DNA of 56,156 nucleotides, the filler included, from Circinaria calcarea (taxonomy: Eukaryota), in NCBI GenBank assembly GCA_051942165.1. It is 3 parts of 3 records of this genome, joined end to end, with 100 filler letters (N's around TTAATTAATTAA, not from the genome) between each part and the next. Parts side by side here need not be neighbours in the genome. Positions count along the whole stretch, not along the records: positions 18,844 to 37,490 come from JAVECS010000231.1; 2 more parts are not named here. One strand, 5' to 3'. A program made the translations under genes and the position numbers. Under the pieces are notes generated by a model that saw only the letters and a program-made list of their open reading frames with translations, was not told the DNA's origin and searched no databases. Below, piece by piece: positions 21,180-34,321 of this stretch (positions are counted from its first letter, which is position 1; each line of letters starts with the position of its first letter).

Positions 21180-21979
21180 TGTGGATTAGAGGTCGGTACG
21201 CTCGACTCTGTCTTGGAATCAGGGCTATTCTGATGGCAGAGTATGACGGTAAGTAAAGCAGTTGACTGAGATGCATTGCATTATTATGATTTGCCACGGT
21301 CGTCGAATTAAGGTTGTGAGACATTAGGGCAAACCCATCTTCGAGACATCCACGACATACTCCTAGTAAAGCATAAACCTATCCCGAATCGGATGAAACT
21401 ACGCAAAGGACCTCTAATCACGTTGGAGAGTTAGTGAAATAGGTTGCAAAGGGCCGTCTCATAGTAAATACGATATCTTGTTATCCTCAGCAAATACCGC
21501 CTATCCAGAGTCGCAACGCAAAACGAGATAACTGTCAAGTAGAATCCAGCCTCACCCATCGGCAGCAATACATCCACCCGACTTCCTCCTCCATCTCACA
21601 ATCACCCATGTTTCTTGCACTATGCACCCTCCGCCGCTTGGTTCAGCTCCTCTCATGCCTTTCACTCCTCGGCCGCGAATAAGCAGAAGCAACTTGAGTA
21701 AAGTACAACGTTTAACGCCAGTCGTAAATAGGCTTTGGTTCTCCAGGATGCAAGTCATGGTCGAAATGAATATCGTTAGTGCTTTTGAGTTCGTAAACAT
21801 TAGATGTCGGTATCGATAGAGAAAAAGCTAGAAGACGGTCGCCGAAGAGGAATGGCCTCCGAGAAGTCAAAAAACAAAGTGTTGGCTGCTGTTAATACAC
21901 GCAAGATTCGATAAAGAAGGAAGTCGAGTTCTGTCGCATCATAAGGGGGCCCATCCCAAGACAGCGCTGAGAGAGGCGA

Positions 21980-22983
21980 CTAAGCTACTGCGGTCGTAGC
22001 CACAGTCGGGGTAACTTGGGCTATTGGATCAACACTACTATCAATGCCCATTTGACCATTAACATCGATCGCGACACAATCACGAGAAATATGACCCGCT
22101 TGACCGCACTTGTAGCACACTTTTCCAGCGGCATTGAGTGGACCACCGTTAGGAGCAGTACATTCACGAGAAATATGACCCTATGCATACCGATTAATGA
22201 TGTTACCCTACATCAAGCAGAGAAGTTAAGCTTACGAGCTTGCCACAAGCATAGCATTTCATGGCCTGAGCTTGACAGTCGCGTGCGTAGTGGTTGGGAC
22301 CACCGCATTTGTAACATGTTGCTGGACGAGGTCCACCTCCGAAGCCTCCTCGGAATGCTCCTCCATAACCCCCTCGTGGCATAGGAGCACCACGACCAGC
22401 GCCAAGGCCAGCTTGCAAACCGGGGTTGGGGCATGAACGCTGTGGAACCACTTAGCTACCTTTCTCATGAAACGAAGCAGTGTAACGTACAGCGAGATGG
22501 CCTGGTTGACCACAAGTATAACAACGTCCTCCAGTGCTAGCTCCACTCAGACGCAGGGTCGGGCAATCAGCCTGCACATGTCCTAGACCTTGGCAATGGT
22601 AGCACTGCTTCGCTAGAATCGTCCATCAGCCCGGATTTACCACAGACCAGATGTATAGAGCCGCGGCTTACTTTCCGTGGTGCGGGGATGCGGACAGCCG
22701 TTTGACTCATGCCCTAAGGTTGGGTCAATGTGATGTATTATAAGAACCGGGGTTTTCTCTAAAGATTACCAGGTTGTTTGCCTGCAGCTCAATTAGCCAC
22801 GATTCAAAGTGCCAAATCAATGCCTGGAGAGGCCTACAGTTGTAACACAGACGCTCCGAGGATGAGCAAACCTCTAGGTAATCTTAGCTTCTGATATGTG
22901 ATGTTGCGCATGCCAAATCACCGACCAGCATAGTGCCCAACATTGCCACACTTGTAGCATGCCCGACGTGATAGCGACGCCAT
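21980..22983 (-). CDS. GIS2: CCHC zinc-knuckle nucleic-acid-binding protein (Gis2/Byr3/CNBP family), about 7 exons
   Basis: MASLSRRACYKCGNVGHYA start, repeated CX2CX4HX4C knuckles, RGG linker, and a 12-nt micro-exon near 22770-22781. Confidence 0.92.
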
Positions 22984-23510
22984 TTAGCTAAGTTTATCCT
23001 CGTAGAACCTTGTTAATGTCAGACCAATACAGTTCAGATTTTAAATATCTCCATTAGACATCGGATTCCTCCGCAGTATGACAAGGTAACAGTCTGGAGT
23101 TGGACAAGCCGAGTGAGGGCGGCTTTCAGTCATATCGCAGTCAACATGCCTTGAGGTATGCTAAGTTGGGGGAGCTGACCTGAATCTTCCTTATTTAGAT
23201 ATCCTGGATCCCTTCTGCGAGACCAAAGCGTCAGCACATTCGATTCATCGTTTTGGTGTAATATTTCAAGTAGGGACTCCCAAAAGGAACCAGACGCACC
23301 AAGCACTTCTATTCTCCTTCCCTCAACACTACACAGTCCTTCCTGCCCTCCAAATTACGGAAACTTCCAAACCCTTCAAACCAAAAGATGCGATGCCGTT
23401 AGCGATGGACTGTGAAGCTTCTGTCATGGAAAAGGAGCACGATATTTTGCAGCTCAACGGGATCGACCGCTAAACTTCCTATGGTTTAGCGCATTCTCGT
23501 AACCTCGGGC

Positions 23511-23964
23511 GAGGTTACGACTTTAATGGTAGACTTTTAGCGCCTTGGCGACTACGACGGTAGACCGCGACAGATATGGTAGACCTCCGTCTATTTCTAC
23601 ACACCGGAGGTTAAACATCGGGCGTTTCCAGGAGATCTTCGATATTGCACGGTCGCATAGAGATTCCATAGCATAATCTATAACAATTCATGCTATAACG
23701 GTCGCCTATGTAATCCTTACGAGTAAGGCCTGCTTTCAAGACAACAGCGCATGTGTGTCCATGGGGTAATTAATAATCCTGCCAGCGTAAACAGGAGCAA
23801 GTTAACAGAAGATAGAAGACTGGAGTTCCATCACGTTTACATACAGTTTTATATTATGGCTTGGTATTCAAACACAGACTATTAGACGAGGTCTACCATA
23901 TCTGTTGCGGTCTACCGTCGTAGTCGCCAAGGCGCTAAGAGTCTACCATTAAAGTCGTAACCTC
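23511..23964. mobile_element. 454-bp non-autonomous TIR element (Mutator/MULE-like MITE)
   Basis: TIRs of about 83 bp (23511-23593 vs 23883-23964; 2 substitutions and 1 indel) starting GAGGTTACGAC; perfect 10-bp TSD AACCTCGGGC at 23501-23510 and 23965-23974; no ORF. Confidence 0.92.
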
Positions 23965-24324
23965 AACCTCGGGCTGAAACCGCCCATGTACGGAGTGGCG
24001 AGGCACACAGTTGTCCTGTTTATCAAGTTGAAAGGATGGCCTCATCTGAGCAAAGCAAAGTCATTCTACGGTTATAGAACACTTTAGGTGAAGACTTGTA
24101 TGATGATAGTACTTCCTACTCACGCTTTCCATGAAACCATGGAGGTAGATCAGATGGGATGTGATATATCTTCATTAATCATACGTCATCTGCTCGAGAA
24201 GCCATACAAGCAAGATTATCCACCAATTATAATCTAGTTTCCATGCCGATGACCGTTTGTCGAGATTCATCCCACAAGCCTAGCAGCACTGTTGCATCTT
24301 CCACGCCCTTGTTGTGCTTCCGAG

Positions 24325-25986
24325 CTACGACTCTTGCTCAATTACCGCAGGAGCCTTAATGGTCTTATTCTTCAGAAAGCCGAGTCCTTCTCCGCCCTGT
24401 TTCGATTATCAGTAGCTCTTGCGGTATTTCCTGCATGGAATACTTACATAGCTTATTAGAGGGGACACTTCGACTCCTGACACACTCGAATCGCCTTCAC
24501 TGACTACCGTGGCACCGGCGTTTTGCACCCACCGGGTTCCCTGTGCAAGGACATCCTTCCTGCTCGTATCCGGATCGTCCTCACCCGTGCCTTTGGCGTT
24601 CTTCAGCGGCGAAAACTCGTCCTCACGCTTGACTTCTAGCGAGGCAAATTTGTCAAGCTCGATCATCGGAAACACGTCAAAGACAAATTGCTCTAGTTTG
24701 ATGCCATTGGGCTTTTCTGGCTTGATCGTTTCACCCTTTTCTGTGTCGATATAGGGAATCTTCTTGCGTGCTACATGGTGTGGAAGTTCGTGGACCCACT
24801 GTTCGATGGTCTCCAGAAATCTAAATGAATAGTAGTGATTGACAATATTTGCAGCTCGAAACTTGAGAAGATCTGGCTGATTCGGATCTTTGGCTTCTGC
24901 TGTGGCTTGATCAATCTCCGAATACTCTACAACATCAGGCTTTCCATTCTTCAGTAAGATTAGGCCCACCGGTTCTTTGGCATTTCTTTTGCGAACCACT
25001 TTAGTGGCAATATCCACGTCCTTGGAAGCCGCGAACCCCATGAAAACCGGGTCCGCAACCTTTACTAGGCAATTGTCTACACAGTAGGCGTGGATATGCT
25101 GTACGCCACGTTTCCGCATATCCGTACGTACGTTCGAAGTCAGAAGTGCCTGATAGATTCCTCCATTCCCATCAGGGGCAACGGATACCTGCAAGCCCAC
25201 GTCAGCATCAAGTTTTTGCTCCAATGCCAAGGCTTTTACTTTTGCTTTACTCTCCAGTAGTATTTTGCCATCATTAGAAATGCAGGGTAACACTCCCTGC
25301 TCGAAGATGATTACATCGTCCTTACACAAGCCAAAGTAATCATGCTCTTGGAAGAACTTCTCCGTTGGAACTCTGGTCGGTCCGCTGGTCATAATATACC
25401 ACGGGACCACTATGTTCTTCTTGCCGTGTTTCTTTTCAGCTAGTTGCTGTATCTTGTAGATCCTTTCGGCCTGGATTTGGAACAATGACTTCCCACTGGG
25501 CAGGCCAATATTGAAGCATCCTTTCGGCGCTGAGCTCCCCAGCCGCGTACCTTGGCCACCTGCCATCAAGACCACTGCGACCGTACCATCAGCAACAAGA
25601 TCTAAGCCTGATGAGTGCCATGATTCGATATCCTCGGGCTTGGAGTCGAGGATAGAAGCGGTTGCTGATTTAGGCAAAGGCTCCAAGGTAGTTGTCTCAG
25701 CCTCTGCGTCTGAGATCTTGGGGGGGTGGAGCGCCTTCTGCGTAATGGCATTGATATGATCTGGGTCAACAGAGGATAGCTGAGCGTATAGGGCAGCCTT
25801 CGCTGCCGAGTCAAGCTCGTCGTAGAAGGCAAAGACCTGTTCTTGTTTTGCTTTGGCGTAGCGTTCCCTTAAGCCTTTTAGGTCTTCATCATTGGGCTCC
25901 TTCAAGGCGATGGCCTCCTCCTTTGATGAAGTGATATGGAGCTTTTCCAAGATGGAATTAACGGTGTCCTTCACGATCTCTGTCAT
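24325..25986 (-). CDS. UAP1: UDP-N-acetylglucosamine pyrophosphorylase, 3 exons
   Basis: [36 protein letters not shown] and [10 protein letters not shown] motifs; the last exon GGEGLGFLK... ends at TAG 24327-24325. Confidence 0.96.
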
Positions 25987-26450
25987 CTTGACGGCCGTAG
26001 AGAAGATACCAGTTTACTGTTTGAGTAGTCAGAAGTCAATTAGCTGTAGATTGTTCCATAAGACTGTTTAGGTACGATTTTTTTATCTCCATCACGTCAA
26101 AGGTTTAAACGCTAGAACAAGGCCCCTGCTTAGGGCCAGCCAACCGCTTTGTTTGTCCATCCTCTCGATCACTGACCGTACCTTCTCAAGTTACCACCTA
26201 TCTATGCCGTCATGTTGTTTGTACTACCGTAATGGGCCTACACTTGATTGATTCATCTCTTGTCAAATGATACCGTAGACCTCTTGGAAAATGGACGTCT
26301 TCGGCTACCGGAGGCCAATATCATGATATTTTTATGTACAAAGGTCTGAGGACAATATGGACAGGAGAGAGAGGACACATTTTTATGTATTCTCTCACAG
26401 TCGAATTGACCAATTAGGGTATCGTCACAACTTATCTAACCTAGCATTAA

Positions 26451-27977
26451 TCATGGCCGACGATAACGGTCTCGTTCTCTAACCACGTATTCTCGGCTCC
26501 CGTCTCTTCGCCGTTCTTCACGACCATGGGGTGAACGACGTAGACTGCGGTAATCGCGCCTCGGGCTGCGACTTCGAGATCTGCGATAGGCCGTTAGTCG
26601 AGGATCCGATTCGCCATCCCGACCTTTTCGAATATCATCTCTATCAAAAACCATTCCATATCCTCGAGATTGCTTCCCTGCCGTGTCCATAGCTCTGTAT
26701 TGCCTTTTCTTCTCAAGACCCGAGATACCCCCAAACCCACCGTATCCCGCGGCTCGTTTGGAGTTTGTTGCGGTTCTCCATGTATCTGATAGCTTGGACA
26801 CCTGATCAGAACATATCAGCAACCGAGCTAGTATGAAGAATGCAAACTCATTACACTTTGTGAGAAGTCAACATGAATTCGATGATCATCAATTAAAACT
26901 CCCTGCATCTTGAAATATGCCTGTTCGCAGTCTTTTTGATTCTCGAACTCGATGAAAGCGTATTGAAGACTATCGCCGGTTCGCTTATCACGAATGACCT
27001 CACAAGATAGAATTTTCCCAAACCGGCTAAAGATCAGATCCAAGTCGTCGTCTACGAAAGGGTTAGTATAGTAAGTACAAACAAACCAGACACTATACCT
27101 TACCTTGTGTGACTGGATTGAGTTTGCAAACAAAGAGGATATTTTCTGGGGGCTTAACTTCTGCAAAAGGTAGGTCTCCGACCATTTCCAGAGTCAAAGC
27201 TTGAGCTCTTGCTTCACGCTCACGCCGAAGCTTCTCGAGCGCCTCTTCATCCACATCATCATCCAATTCCTCATCATCCGCAATGCGGACCGTTGCTAAC
27301 TGTGCTTTCGAGGGAAGCGGGCTTTCAGGCGGTTCCACCAAACCTTGTGGGTCCGGATATGGATCATCAAGTATCAATGTGTGACGAATTCTGATATCCT
27401 TTAGCGGGCGGCCTTTCTCGTCGCTGAAAGCGTCATTGATTGTTTCCAGTGCGTCAAAACCCTCAACAACTCTGCCGAAGATTGCCGCTTTGCCATCTAG
27501 ATAATCTAGGTTGTCGCCTAACGTGATGAGGAATTGACTGGCGGCAACTCGTTCGTCAGGATCGCGAGATCCTGGTGCAGTCGCCATACTGACAGTACCT
27601 TTTTCCACATGCTTCAGCTTTGGATGAAAGTCTGCATTGTACGTTTTCTTGGATGGACCTTGGAGTATGCCCCATATTGATGATCCCCCATCGCTATCCT
27701 TTGAGTCCGGACCAATTGGATCTCCTGTCTGGAAAGAGAAGTTCTTCTGTATGCTGTGGATCGGGGAGAAGTTGTAGTATTTGATTTTACACAGCTTCAG
27801 AAAGCTACATCGAGAGTATACATCTTAGTCCCCCATGTTCAGCGACTTCACAACAGGCATGAGTGAGATAACATAGTGTACTATAGGATGTACTCACTTT
27901 TCACAAGATCTTGGGGCGTAGTCGACCAACAGATCAATCACAATATCCCCAAGAGAGGTTTCCAGGAGTACCGACAT
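26451..27977 (-). CDS. Cyclophilin-RRM protein (PPIL4/Rct1 type), about 5 exons
   Basis: [16 protein letters not shown] start, cyclophilin motifs ([16 protein letters not shown]), RRM ([35 protein letters not shown]) and an RS-rich tail. Confidence 0.93.
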
Positions 27978-30182
27978 CGTGGTTGATGGCGAAGTTCGAA
28001 AGCGGGTGTACACATAGTCTCCTAACTGATAGTTTCATGACATTAAAACTAGGCCAGATGTAGACATGAAGATCACGTGACAGCCACCAGAATTCTCCGC
28101 AGACCAGTTATCATGTACAGCAATGGTGATGCAAGTATCCGATGATATGGGGATGCTGCCTCAGCAGGAGTAAGGCAGTGTGCATCATGTAGGTACCAGC
28201 ACTGACACTGCCATATATGTTTCTAGTTTCCGGAGGATAGCCTCGCGTGGGAGCTCCTGCCTCCTGTTCCCATCTATCTACTCCGTACCGCCATGGTATT
28301 TTTACGCGACTAGGGGAAGGTTAGTGGCTGATCCGCTTTTGCCATCGTGCAACTACCCGCGCTGATGTGTGTCGGTCCACCCCAAACTCCATCACTTCGC
28401 GGGGCTGTACAGACCAGCCGAATGGGCTTCAGGGCTGTACAATGATCTATCTACGATGCCACAGGAGACAGGCGGGTCGATCGGGAAGTAAGAAGAATGC
28501 CCTTTGGACGCGACAAAATCGCATATAGAGTTAAGCATATACGACGCGGGCATTTTCTCTTTGCTTGTCTCCCATGGGATTCACGCATACCCTCATGCGA
28601 AGAGATCCCTCTCCGAGCAATCTGAAACCATGGACGAGGCGATGTCGCACAGTACCTCTGCTTGGAGCTTTGACTGTGCCTGTTCTGTGCAAGTCGACAT
28701 CTCCAACCAAATCTAGGCAAGTGGAAGTCGAGAGCTGACTCGCATCTCCGCTATCCCCCTAATCGGCTTTTCTAGCCAATCCACAGCTATGAGTCCGAAT
28801 GTCCCGGTTGCGAATGCTTGTCGGTTTCAAGATGATGGCTCCAGGTCTCCTATGATTTCTGTTCGGACCTTCCCGAAAAAACCGTATAGTGGATGGGAGA
28901 GGGTAGGCTGGGCAACGGATAGAAAGCGGAGCGTTGGCTAATTGCAACACCTGGTAGAAGCATTCCCGGGCGGACTGCTGACACCACTTGATCCAGCTTG
29001 GAACCATATACTAATTCCGTCTCTGCCTGACGTGAGAGGCGGAGGATTGTTGGAGAAAGGGCTATGCATCATAATTGCAGATGTACCATCCCAGATGTAG
29101 TCTTTTTACATTGATTCGTCCATGTGGGTCCTCTGCTCGAAGTCCCTAGTATTTGTCAGTCCTATTGCTGCCCAAGCTTTTCTGATTGACAATCGTATGT
29201 TCCAAAGCCCGGGTATGCGTTGTTGACATTTCTGATATCTCCAAGACAGGGTGCGCCAATACTCATACTGCAGTTTATGAGAGTGAATCTGTATCATAAG
29301 AAACTTTATTGAGCTTGCTCAGACCCCCAAATCACCCTGACATCACTGTATGTTCGGTAGGATATGCTCTGGAGGTTCGCGAGATCAATGTTTGCCTGGA
29401 AAGATTGCTTGGCAAGTCAAACGTTCGGTGTGCAATAGCAAACGGCCTCAACCCTTCCAGCCTTCTCAGCGGAGCCCCCAAAATAACCAGGCACAGCCTG
29501 GGACGATCAAACACGATGTGCCGGAAATATTCGGGAGGCTGCACCGTTTTGCATTGCTTGTTTAGGAGGTGGTTGATTTGCCCAGGTGAGGTAAGACTGT
29601 CTTGTCCATTGCTTGGATTAGACGTTGCTCATCACTCTGTTCAATACGATACTACGGAGGGAGCTGTCCTCGTAAGACCGATAATATCCTCTTGGTGTTC
29701 GTTGATTGGAGTGTATCACGTTCCACTCAGCTTGGTACTGACGCTTGGGGGCCGCATGGCAGAGCAAAGTTTTTATCATGTCCTACAGCTAGGCTGAAGC
29801 TCGCGCGAAGTAGCTACCCGTCTAGCATTTCTCTTAGCTCCTTTCCATTCGATACTATCGTCGGTATGTGGATAGAGGTCAAGAGGCAGCCGTTGCAGAT
29901 ATGATCTGTCGGATTATATCTCCTCTCCAACGTACGACGTGGCCTCCTCAAAGAGCCAAACAATCATCAATCGTGCAGGCATTTAAGATGTTCCTCTACC
30001 AAATCGGAACCTATTCTTTCGTCCATAACCTATACCTTTGATTTTTTTCTCATACTATCCTGGTCCTGTGTTCCAACTTATTGCATTCTATCTCCGCTGG
30101 AACTTTGATCAGAATCTGGAAAACGTAGCCCGCTCTAGGAGCGAGCAATGAGCTCAAGGACTCACTTTCTCTCTTAACATCT

Positions 30183-32026
30183 ATGATTCCTTATCTGGGA
30201 CCCGGGTTTTCAGCCATCTCACCGCTGTGTACGCCCAGTCTTGCTGTGAACTCGCTGCACTCAGTGCTTCCATTTCATCCCGCTGGAGGTAGAGGTATGA
30301 GTCGAGGATACTACCCAGAACAGGCAGAGTTCTATCGTCGGCCGGGTCGACCACTGCCTATGACAATGCCTCCTGGTGAGCGCGAACCAGCTCGGCCTTA
30401 TTCAGTCGCACAGCGCATCAATCGTCAGACTACCCCTCATGAAGCTGAAACGGACAGGGGAGGTAATCAAAATAGACGTCGAATCGCGGTTGCAGTAAGT
30501 TTGCCATTTTTTCTCTTCCACAAGCACTTTCTTCTAGCACTGTAGTCAGCACCCGTTGCCAAAGCTGATGACCTCCTTACAGTGTTCGCGATGCCGCAAG
30601 AGGAAAATCAAGTGTAGTGGTGACCCGGGGAACGGCCAAAACTGCCAGAACTGCAAGAACGCGAATACAGAACCGGGCGTGTGTCAATTTTTACGGGTGC
30701 GCCTCGATCCCGGTGCGAACGGCTGGTTCCCAATTGCTAACGCTCCTCGGTTTTAAGGTTAATTCAGGCAACCTAGCCATCGTGCCACCTTCTTGTGAGT
30801 GGGCATACAATGGGAGCGGTACTATGGGCATGTCTTCTATGATGCCTCAGACCGGCAGCTCATCAGCCCATTATTCTCCGCATACTCAAGGTTCCATGTC
30901 TTCGTCCGCACCGGTCTCGTTCTCTGGGATGCAGCATTTGACACGGGGGTCACCAGCAAATGGTGTTAATCATGCCTCGTATGCACCAGTATCAAGTCGT
31001 CAAGATCCTGGCTTGAACTACAGTGCTGGTCAAAACGACAGCAGTTTTGACTCTTTCAACCTTTTACCGTCTCAGTATCTGCATCAAGGCCAAGATACGC
31101 AAGCGGCCTCCACCTCGTACGGGACACAAGAGTTAACTCGTCCATGGCCCGCAACAGGCGGATCGAACCGCTGGACACCACCTCAAGCTGGCAATTTTGA
31201 TCAGGATTACCATAGCAGATACAATACGTACCCTTATGTTCATTCCTCACCTGGAGCTGGATCGGGTTTGTCGGATAACACATCTTTATTTCCGACTATG
31301 TCGTCCCTAGCTAATTCGCTCCCCGCCTCCATTCTGGGCAGCGACCGAGTGCTCCCGAATCCGATAATGAGTGCTTTGGGTCATTCGCCTACCGATCAAA
31401 ACATTAGCGCCAATCCAGGCGGGCTCGGGGAACTTAATAGCTATGTTCCGGCCCAGGGTACGGCAAGCAAGTCAACAGTTTCCTGGGGTCCCGAGCGCGT
31501 TACCACCGGCGGCACTCATGGCTTGACGAATACGGCGTCTGCAAGTAACGTTACTTTGATGAGCTCAGGCAGCAGCAAATCCTCCTCTTCCACTGCTGAC
31601 CCGCAGGAGAATGCCTTTGGATACATCCCGCTCTCACAAAGTCCACTGCCACAGAGTACACCACTCGCCATGGACTTCCCACCTGCAGAGCCATCCGGTT
31701 CTACGATCAGTCTGGACAACCATGTCTACCCGAAGTCATCGTATCATGCGGAAATCCCAAGCGATACTTTGTCCCGGAGCCGTAACTCGTCGAATAACCT
31801 TTACGGTTACAATAGGAGCACCAGACGTGACTCGCAGTCATCCCATTCGGGAGGGAATGTGCTGAGTGGACAGCAGTACACGCATCTGCGTCAGCCTCCA
31901 CCGCAACACGCGGCGGCATCCGACACCCGTCGAGGATCTACGGAGAGGAATGTCCGCGAGAAGGATTCTCGCAATGCCCACCGAACCTCGGTCACCGTTC
32001 CATCGACCTCAAGACGTAGAGATTAA
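30183..32026 (+). CDS. Zn(II)2Cys6 transcription factor with S/G/P-rich C-terminus, 3 exons (start 30183 or 30297)
   Basis: Spliced RRRIAVA|CSRCRKRKIKCSGDPGNGQNCQNCKNANTEPGVCQFLR; introns about 30495-30582 and 30697-30757. Confidence 0.9.
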
Positions 32027-32914
32027 TCGTCTCCTGGTAGAGGTCGTCACTCGCTCCTTTCGTTTGTGCACCACACTTGGTACGAGCTCGCTCGTCTTGG
32101 GCTTCTTTTGTTATCAGCAGCGATATGTAACAGTTAGAGAGGGAGAAAGTGCGAATCGTCTAATCGATATTTCAAATGCTCCAATGTTCTTTTTCTGGCC
32201 AGAGTTCTATTACAGAGCCTGTTTTCCGGGACCTTCCACCAAAATCTGCGATTCGTGTATTTGGATTTGGACTTATTCGACCCAGAATCTAATCACTGCA
32301 TCTTTGGAACGGAGTGTATTTAGGCGGGGTATAAATGGGTGATTGATGGGGAAGAGGCAGCATTGGGCGAGAGTGGAATTAAATTTGTACGTATAGAAGG
32401 CATTTGTTTCGTTTAACGGCCAGGAAAGCCCTATAGGAAATCTTTGTAGATGTTTTTCATTTGCCCGAGGAAGGATGGTTGGTCGGGAGAGTGACGGTGA
32501 TGAGGGCGGGAAAAGATTTACGCTGTCATTCTTTTGGTAGTTTTAGTAGGGTTTTTTTGCACTATATCATTGGTCACTTTTTGCTATTCTGTGCTATGTA
32601 TCATCTCCCACGGATTTTTGAATCTCCCTCCTAAAGGTACGATTACCAAAGTCCTATACCATCTCCAGGAAACATGTGTTCTTCGGCAATGGCCGGGGCG
32701 GGGCTGAAACAGGGGCCTGTGACGAGATAACTGTAGTTGATAAACCCCCAGTTGTTTTGGTTCTGCTCTTTGCTCTTTCCTCTTTCCTCTTTCGCCTTTT
32801 ACCTCTCCCTTTCCGTTCGGAAAGTTTTTCCATCCTTTCCCCCCTCCCATTTTCTCGCTTTACCTCTTGCTCTCGGAGATCCCCTGTAAATCCCCCGTAC
32901 CTCTTCTTTTTATA

Positions 32915-33035
32915 TCCCCTACCTTACCTACCCTACTTTACCTTCCTACCCTACCTTACCTTACCTTACCTTACCTCCCCTACCTTACCTACCTTTACTT
33001 ATCCATCTCTCCCCGCATCTTTCCCCCTTACCTAG
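32915..33035 (+). repeat. Imperfect (CCTTA/CCTA)n microsatellite within a polypyrimidine tract
   Basis: ACCTTACCTTACCTTACCTTACC core around 32953-32976 with degenerate flanks. Confidence 0.8.
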
Positions 33036-33459
33036 GTAGCTATATAAAAGTGGAATTTCCAACCCACTGCTTGGTAGGATAGGATAGGAGAGGAGAGGAG
33101 TTTGCAGCAGGTGCTGAGGGAATGATGTTGGAGGAGACTTTGTGGGGTTGAGGGGGAGGGGAGGGGAGATTTGGGTGTGGGAGGAAGGCGAGAGGAGGAT
33201 TGGGTTTGCGGGGAGAAGGGAGGAAGTGGGTTCTCATCGGCAATAAGTAGCGAATGCGTAGATACCAAATCCTACAGGAACATTTGCACGGCAGATTGGT
33301 TCGGGCGAATAGAGAATTGGGCCAATATCAATTTTAGCTATTAGCTTCTTCCCTCCCATGCGCCATGAATGCCACCACATCTTGCAGACATGTCGATACA
33401 CAGTTCTGAGACTCCATGCCCCTTGCGCAGTCCCTCCACACCATGATAACCAGTTCCCT

Positions 33460-34018
33460 CTATTTCTTCTTCTTGTCCTTTGCTCCCCCCTTCGTCTTCG
33501 CCGTACCCCGTACCGTCTTAGCTCGGTTCTTGCGTTGTTTGCCTACATGTAAAATCCCGCGTCAGTTTTATTCCACATCTTTCGTATCTGCAAGCCCCCA
33601 AATGAGCCATGAAACCTTACGCTGTTGTCTGCTCGCCTTCTCAATCTTGGTCGCGGCCCCAATCCGCACTAATCGGTAATGCGGCTCGAACTTCTTCATC
33701 GCCTCGGTCGAATCGTAGATGAGCGCAAAGCCGGTGCTCTTGCCGCCACCGAATTGCGTCCGGAAGCCGAAGACGGAGACTTGGTCCTTGCTGGCCTTGT
33801 AGAGTTCGGAGAGTTTGGAGCGGAGTTCGTCTTTGGAGACGTTGGCGCGGTTGGGGTGGAGGACATCACTGTGGAAGATTGGGTTCGTTAGGAATTGCAT
33901 ACTTGGGAGTTTGCTTGGTTCAGCTTTCAGCTTACACGACCATTTGTTTCCTGCCTAGGAGGGCGTTGCGGATGAATTTGCGGGTGCGCAGCGTTACGGG
34001 CTGCTCTCGGTCGGCCAT
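33460..34018 (-). CDS. RPS24: 40S ribosomal protein S24 (eS24), 3 exons
   Basis: [56 protein letters not shown] and [16 protein letters not shown]. Confidence 0.97.
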
Positions 34019-34321
34019 GATTGCGGTCTTCGGGAAGTGGTCAGTAGACTGTTGTATGCTCTCGCGGTATCAAGGAAATGGCATACGGTAAGGAGCGGCT
34101 TAATCGACAGTCGAATAATAAATATCGCGAGATCGACTCGATATGTCGCTGCCATAAAATGGAGGTTGTGTGAGTCCTCAACCGAGGCACTAGTCTCAAA
34201 GTGCCTTAGCTAATACTAGTAGTTGATCTTTGTGCCGTAGGGAGCTTATTGATCCTTGAAGTCCTTATATATATGTACCTATTCAGATAGACTGGGCAAA
34301 GGAATACGCCTTCGTTTTATA

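Noticed and set aside
25189..25239. Apparent 17-aa insertion in UAP1
   Set aside because: It is an in-frame, stop-free GT-AG intron with a GCTGAC branch site, read through by the ORF track.
32915..33035. Possible interstitial telomere repeat
   Set aside because: The unit is CCTTA/CCTA rather than CCCTAA, and it is irregular.
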